Assembly: GCA_951406725.2 (NCBI GenBank)
Contig: OX597821.1
Location: forward strand, 24,428,001-24,492,000
Reading direction: 5' to 3'
Source: Octopus vulgaris
Lineage: Eukaryota
Length of the DNA stretch: 64,000 nucleotides
Shown here: positions 56,881 to 64,000 of the stretch, piece after piece
Numbering within the stretch: the stretch's first letter is position 1
Layout of the letters: every line of letters starts with the position of its first letter
The notes under the pieces: generated by a model
The model's database searches: none
What the model saw: only the letters and a program-made list of their open reading frames with translations
What the model was told of the DNA's origin: nothing
Made by a program: the position numbers and the translations under genes

Positions 56881-59800
56881 ACTACAGTGGGATGACATAA
56901 AAGAGAGATTTCTGGCTGCAATTTCTAGCAAGTCGCATTATTATTCAGGCTCCCTATTTAGTTCATGTTTCATTTGTTTTCGAAAATGATCTTTTTCTCT
57001 CTTTCATCACCGAGCTCCCCCCCTTTTCCAATCACCAGAAATCCATAAATGAAAAGAAAGCTTACAAATTTACAGATTTCTATTTACTTAAATAAAAATA
57101 ACTCTTATCTCACTGAAATTTGATGAACTCAATGTTGATTAAGTTTGTTGAACTAAGGACGAACTCTGACCAGATTCATTAGTCTCTTACTTTTCTTAAG
57201 ATAATCATTTGTGAAATAATTTAAAGGGAACGAAAGAAAATTTAAAATTCGTACGTAACAATACTAACATATACACAAAAGTCAGTTATAGTACAAGGGA
57301 AATAACAATCGAATCTTTTAATAAGTTATCTCCCTTGGACCAAACTGCTAGCATTCCCTTCTTTTCTTTCGTATCTGTTTTAACTGCATTTTAGCATTCG
57401 ACTTTTTTCAGTACTCGCTTGAGGAATATATATTCTAAAACCAGGATCATTTCTCTCCTTTCTATCACTGCTCATTATTTCGTTCATATTTCTTTATCAT
57501 AATATTTCTTTATCATAATTTCTCTTGTACTTTTTGTACACTTTAATTACGATGTTGATAATGAAGATGATGATGATGATCCATCTTCACGTCCATTTAT
57601 AGACGTACATACAGTGTACGCGGGCGCAGCTGTGTGTATTTTTGTGTTTAAAATTATACAAATGTGTCCTACTGATTAAAAAAAAAATTCTATTTATTTA
57701 TTTATGCAGCTGAGGATAGCCCTGCATTTAAATTGATATAATGATTGCATTGTTCAATTAAATGGAGTCGCTTGAAACTGTCGTACTGCATCACCTCTGG
57801 ATATCCTGTTGCTTATTTTGATTAGATAGGTAAGTAGGTAGGTAGGTATGTAGGTAGGTAGGTAGGTAGGTAGGTAGATAGATAGATAGATAGATAGATT
57901 AATGGATGCACACACACTTCCTCTCTTTCTCTCTCTTTCACATACACGCACATATGCACATGTATGTGTGTCACTTTATAGTCATACATACAGTGTATGC
58001 GTGCGCAGGTATGTGTAGGTGTGTGTTTATGAATAGATTTATAGATATATGCATGCACACACACACGCGTACATACATACACATGTATGTATGTATGTAT
58101 GTATGTATGTATGTATGTATGTATGTATGTATGTATGTATGTATGTATGTATGTGTGCATGCGTGCATGTATATACGTAAGTATGTGTCTTTGTGTACGC
58201 ACATAATATATTCATAATAGGCGACCTGTTTTCAGAGTCCTTTAGAGTGTGAATAAATTGCTGCCTGCGCTTTGAGTTCAAATCATACCGAGGTCATTTT
58301 CACCTTTCAGCCTTTCGGACTGGATAAACAAAATACCTGTGCCTTACTGAGATTGGCTTAACTTCTTCCCCTCTCACTCTCTTCCAGTCTCATTTCTCTC
58401 AGAAGAAGAGAAAGATCCGACGTTGTTAAGACATGATTGCGATTATTAACATAGTTATCAAAAGTTTCCGTATCAAGACATATTTTCATATTCTTTTATT
58501 TAAAGTAGCAACTGAACTGGAAATATATTGGCGAAATACCTTATTTACGTACACGAACATCTCGGGCTACATATATAGTGAGGGCGCATGGCTCAATGGT
58601 TAGGGGGTATTCGACTGACGATCGTAAGGTCGTACGTTCGATGCCCGGCAGTGCTTTGTATCCTTGAGCAAGACACTTTATTTCACGTCAAAAATGAGTC
58701 ATACCTGTAATTCAAAGGGCCAGGTTTGTCACGCTGTGTCTCCATCTCTGTGTGTATGTGTGTATGTTCAGCCATTTGCCCGTTAACTTCATGAGCAGGT
58801 TGTTCTGTTGATCAGATTAATTGGAACAGTTGTTGTAATTGACGGCGAGCCAGGAAAAAGATACATCAATGATTTGAGAGTTTCAAAAACGATTTGCAAA
58901 TGTGGTAGAGAAGGAGTAGAGCCCAAAACAAAAGAAATAAAAAAACGATCGAATTCATTTAATAACCCAATACTTTATACCGAATTTAGTTAACAACTCT
59001 GTGATAGGTTACAGATTTCTTTCGGTGAAGTCTCAAGTTCGCCGGATTAATAACAGTTGAACTGAAAAGAGAGTTTGTGTAACTCCCTGTAAAACAAAAA
59101 TTACGGGCGACTTCGTCTGTTTATTCCATTTTCTCGCTAACGTTTAAATCATTCGTTTCGGGGCGAGCTTCAGCAAAGTCTAAACACGTAGTTAGCCGTT
59201 ATATTGCCTTCTAAGAAGGATCAGATTGTCCTACAAGCATATAAGTTACTTTCGTGGAATTAATTAATAATTTCTTAAATGATATCCTCTTAGAAAGTCG
59301 TTAAGAAATATTAGTAGAATTATCTTTTCTGTCTCCAACTAAGGGGACATTTTCAATTACCGTATTTTAACGTGTATAAGGAACCCTCGTGTATAAGGAA
59401 ACCTAATTTTGGGGGTTTATAATTTGGAAAAACGGTTTTGTAAGAGATTATAAAACTATCTATGTATAAAAAAAAATCCTATATTTTTTAAACCTAAGTT
59501 TTGAAAGAAAAAAAGGTTCCTTATCCACGTTAAAATACGGTAATTTAATATCACTTGCTTAAATAATTCAGTACATCAACCCCTGTGAGTTTTATCTAAA
59601 TTAATATTATTGTCCAATTTAAATTATTTATGTGCACGAAAATTCCATGTACATAAATAAGGTATTTAATCAATATATTATAAACATAATTAGTAATACT
59701 AGCAAAAGGACCGCCCTCCGAGCGGTTTTCCGCAAGCCCCTTCATAATATTTTCAATTTTGATTCCCATTTCTAATAATTTTTATATTTACGTCTAATTA

Positions 59801-61105
59801 TTTCGTTATGTAATAGTGCTCATTTACTTAGTAAATATTGCTTTCATTATTTTATCACAGTCATAATTTCTCTTTTTTAAACAAACATCACTGTAGTCCA
59901 ACAACAGAGGGAGAAGCAGTTTGTCAAATTTTACCTTCCCTTCAAAGCAACATAGAGATTTCAAATTCAGCAGCCCATCTGTAAACTTTGCAGTGTATGT
60001 GAGAGAGAGAGAAAGAGAGAAAACATTGCAAACAATGAATGAAATAAACATGAAATGAAAAAATCGTATTAATAAAAGGGCATTACATCAGATGTATACG
60101 CCTCCGACTTTGCTGCCTCATAACTTCGAGAAAATGGATACTTTTTAACAAAATTTTCTACAAATGTTAGATGTTGTGGTTTCAAAGTATATAGAGACTT
60201 ATGGGAAATTTTGTAAGGGGGTAGAGAGAGGAGTTTCAGAAAATTCACACGATCTGACTTTTTTCCTCATATCTTTCAGGAAGGTGGGTATCTTTTAATG
60301 AAAATCTATGCAAATCCCTTTCAAACGACATAGATTACGATTATAAAGAAATTTGTGGGAAGAATTTTTTCGAGGATTTTCCCCTTTTTGTTTTTTCTAA
60401 TCCACAGCCTTCGAAATAATGGGGTTGGCGGGGGGGGGGCATCTTTGTATGGAAAAAGTTTTGAAAACCTTTTTTTTTTACACACCTCTCCCTTATCATC
60501 CCACTTCGGACTTATTTTGGCCAGGTTTTTTTGCTTGCACTTCAAAGCCATGGGAAGAGCATTTTCGGTAAAATTGTTTTTATATTGTTAACATTTTGAG
60601 AGGGAAAAGTGACTTAAGGGCGATTTGGCTGTTGTTTCTAGTACATCGAAAGATAACGATCCTCGTTTCTTTATCACTCTCGCACGTATTAATGTTTTTC
60701 AGTAGTTTTTCCCCATAAATACATTTATATGCTATAAAAAAGAAAATTTCAGGAATTAGGAATTTTTTGCAACCCCACTCCCTGCCCCCGATTATCTCTG
60801 TTTAGAAATTAGAATATTGGAGAGCCTTAAAAGGTCATTGCTGGCATTTATCCACAGTGTTTTAAAAAGTTACGGAGATGTACTTGCATAGCAAATGACT
60901 TGATCCGTCTTCGTGTGCTTAAACAAAAACGATTGCAGCGTGAAATATGTTTGTAAACCATTCAAGAACACACAAACACCGTTAGTTGCACTTCAACATT
61001 ACAGCTTCGTTTTTGTGAAAATATTTTCGTCGCTTCGAAACCGCGAGCTGATCAGTTACAAAACCTAAAAAAAGTGATGCAGCACGAAGTTGTATCAACG
61101 AACAG

Positions 61106-61162
<57 letters not shown>

Positions 61163-61754
61163 ACACACACACATACACGTTCACGCACGCACTCGTACAC
61201 ATACGTGCACACACACATACATTGCCTTTCATTTGTGCGTATGCGTATATATGTGTGTGCGCGAGTGTGTATTGGTATGTGTGTGTATTGGTGTGTGTAT
61301 GTGTGTGTGTGTGCGTGTGTCTGACTGTTGAAGTTGTGTCTAGAAACTGTGAATAAAGTGCAAGATTGGAGTACTTATCGGTAACTTTTTGTCTTTTTTC
61401 TCCTCGTCTTCTAATCGTAATTTCCCCACTTCCTAGGCTCTTCTCAACGCTTTCCCGCGTTCAAAAGTTTTCATTCAATAAATAATGTTTTTAAATTACG
61501 TATACATTAATAGCGAATTAAAACTTGAAAGAGAAAGTGAGACTTTGCAAATGAAAATGGAATACTCCGCAGTGAATGCAATGAATATTTAAATTTGTAA
61601 TGAATTGGACGCAGTGAATATTTAAACTTGCAAGAAACCGGAGTTTAGGAATTGTTGCGTACTTATTTAATAAGTAGCTTTCCCCACTATAGAAAATTTT
61701 TGAAAATTTTGGAACAAAGCCAGCGATTTCGAAGGAAAAGTGTGAGTTGATTAC

Positions 61755-62925
61755 ATCGACTCCATCCTCCATTGTTCAACTCGTACTTATTTTATCGACC
61801 CCCGAAAGCATGAAAGGCAAAGTAGATCTTAACGGCATTTGAACTCAGAACTTAAAGACAGGATAAATGCCGTGTAGTATTTTATCAGGCCTTCTAACGA
61901 TTCTGCGATTTTGCCGCCTTCATTTAGTTAGTAGTTTATCCTTCTAGCATTTAAACCAGCCATATCCGGCCAAAATAGTGTTCCTGCTGCATGTTGTTCA
62001 ACGCGGACAGAAATCGAATTCTCAAAGTTACGCGACAATACATAAATTCAAAGCAATGAGAAGAAAGAGGCATTACATTTGACAGAGTAATTTGAATGAT
62101 AAAGGTTTAAATATAGAGTATTTATTATAGCTTTGGATACAGAAACTTTTGATAACGATACCAAGTTTATTCGCTTTCAAAGAATGTTACAAGAAATCTT
62201 TAATGAATTACAGAAGAAAACGTGATTAAAACTTAAAAAAGGAAAGTGAGATTTTGTCAACCTTTGCTTGTTTAAACAACTAAAAGTAACATTGACGGCG
62301 ACAACAACCACAGCAACAACGAAGTGAGTATTAAATCAATGAAATTTTAATCTGAATGAACAAACTCAGCCAAATGTAGCATTCCCGGTCATATTCCCTG
62401 TGAACGCCGTCATATTGGCATTTTTATCACATGGATGTACAGAACTAGTTTGGAACACTATTACTCCATAGGACAAGAGAGTCCCAGATATCTGGAAAAG
62501 AAAGAGAAGAAATAAGAGAGGCAAAACAAGTTCAGATTAACAGTCCAAAGTCATATCATATTCTATTTAATAGCGAAATAAATATTCTAGGGTCATTGTA
62601 CAGTGTTTGTTGACAATTTAACAGTATGTGCAGGTCAGTGTAGATATGATGGTCACTCTAGATTAGAGTTCACATTGTACAGTAACTGGTGATCAACAGA
62701 TTATTTGGTAGTCAGTGTTGATTATTTAGTAGCGAGTTTAGGTGCTAATTGGTTAAATCAAACTATTTGGTCGTCGGCTTAGATTATTTGCAAAATAATT
62801 TAGTCAGAGTATATGACATTAGAAATACGAGAAAATTAATCAAAATTAATTATCATGCAGGGAATTAAATAACACGCATAGAATTTCTAAACAATTATTT
62901 ATTAGGAATTAAATTAACCAATTTT
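61755..62925 (+). repeat. Direct segmental duplication, copy 2 (pairs with 18240-20286)
   Basis: Shared strings such as gaaagcatgaa-ggcaaagtagatct, ccatatccggccaaaatagtgttcctgctgcatgttg and gttcagattaacagtccaaagtcat. Confidence 0.9.
62366..62491 (-). CDS. Terminal exon of a putative gustatory receptor-like (7TM chemoreceptor/ion-channel superfamily) gene, copy 2
   Basis: Long pyrimidine tract and CAG acceptor on the - strand (62492-62520). The phase-0 frame gives ISGTLLSYGVIVFQTSSVHPCDKNANMTAFTGNMTGNATFG*, matching the TM7 (T/S)YhhhhhQ motif. AATAAA on the - strand at 62166-62171. Confidence 0.7.
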   Translation of the reverse strand: MSGTLLSYGVIVFQTSSVHPCDKNANMTAFTGNMTGNATFG

Positions 62926-62979
62926 TTTAAAGTATTGATTTATCAACTATTGAACTTTGTAACTATTGATTGCCTAAAC

Positions 62980-63217
62980 CAGAGCTTCTCAACCATTTAA
63001 CGCTTTTGGTTTCTATTTTACTCAGGTGGACCCGCTCATGTTTAAAAACATCCCTTTATATTTTTATAATTAAATATTGTTAGGACCTGTATGAATAAAT
63101 TGTTGAAATATTTTGTGTTTAGTAGAAGTATAACCAAATTATTGTGCATTCATTTTAACTTCAAAATCTTATATGGACCCCTAAGAGCCTTACGGATCCC
63201 ACGGCTGAGAACCACTG
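62980..63217. mobile_element. hAT/Charlie-like MITE
   Basis: CAGAGCTTCTCAACC ... GGCTGAGAACCACTG termini; a second similar start CAGAGGTCCCCAAC at 63351. Confidence 0.6.
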
Positions 63218-63547
63218 CTCCAAACTACTCATTTCTTCTGTATCGGATTGTCTTAATATTTATTTGTCTAACAACTTTATACGGAAAAAAAAATCATCAT
63301 TATTAATGGTTAAGATTTCTCACTTGCGAATAGTATATTATAGCCTAAAGCAGAGGTCCCCAACTACCGGACCCGGACCAGGATTGCACCGGGGTTAATT
63401 TGAACCCAGGCCGCACACAAAGAATATATCTTAATAGTTTGTTTCTATTTTATAGACCACCGCAGTCTACATGGTGGTTTATTTTGAAAAACTAACACTT
63501 CTGTCCGTGCCACTTACCCGCACCTGCCTGAAACAGTTTGTAAATAA

Positions 63548-63676
<129 letters not shown>

Positions 63677-64000
63677 AACTAACCTAAAAGCCGCACTCCG
63701 TGAGGACATTTAAGTTGGCTCCTGCTGGGGGTTAATTGAAGAGAACTAATTATTATCACTATAATACGTCTATTATGACTATATGCCCCGGCAGTGTTTG
63801 ATTAGAAGTTAACGACAGGTGAGAATTAATTCTGTAATACAATCATTCTGTGGTTCCAGTCCCTGTTTAATTTCCAACTGTTGGCCAAATTGTACTAAAG
63901 TTCTCATCTCAACGTAAAATTAATGAAGCGAATGACATTTATCTCCCCCTTGATCTCTGACGTCATCTGACAAGCGCCAACCAAGATGGCATTAATCAGG

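Overview
AT-rich eukaryotic genomic DNA. The SINE families, the microsatellite load and the mariner/Penelope/Helitron content point to a coleoid cephalopod, probably Octopus (inferred). Most of the ORF track is artefact from microsatellites and transposon debris. Manual reading gives three host-gene signals. (1) A four-coding-exon + strand gene (26679-27822, 40562-40729, 42385-42528, 44614-44945; all introns phase 1, GT-AG; 595 aa if spliced directly). It encodes signal peptide, three 4-Cys truncated EGF-like modules with Asn/Ser/Thr-rich linkers, two EGF domains, one TM helix and a TLR-type TIR domain. This is a Toll-like receptor with an EGF ectodomain instead of LRRs. (2) A divergently oriented paralogous ectodomain exon at 7449-6939 (-), from an inverted duplication; its remaining exons would lie left of the window. 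(3) Two copies of a phase-0 terminal exon on the - strand (62491-62366 and 19877-19716/19751), both missed by the ORF track. They carry the gustatory-receptor-like TM7 motif (T/S)YhhhhhQ and a tail with three N-glycosylation sequons. The window also holds several minimal hammerhead ribozymes, probably Penelope-derived, and decayed Tc1/mariner, pogo/Tigger, Chapaev, hAT, Helitron, LINE, Gypsy and SINE copies.
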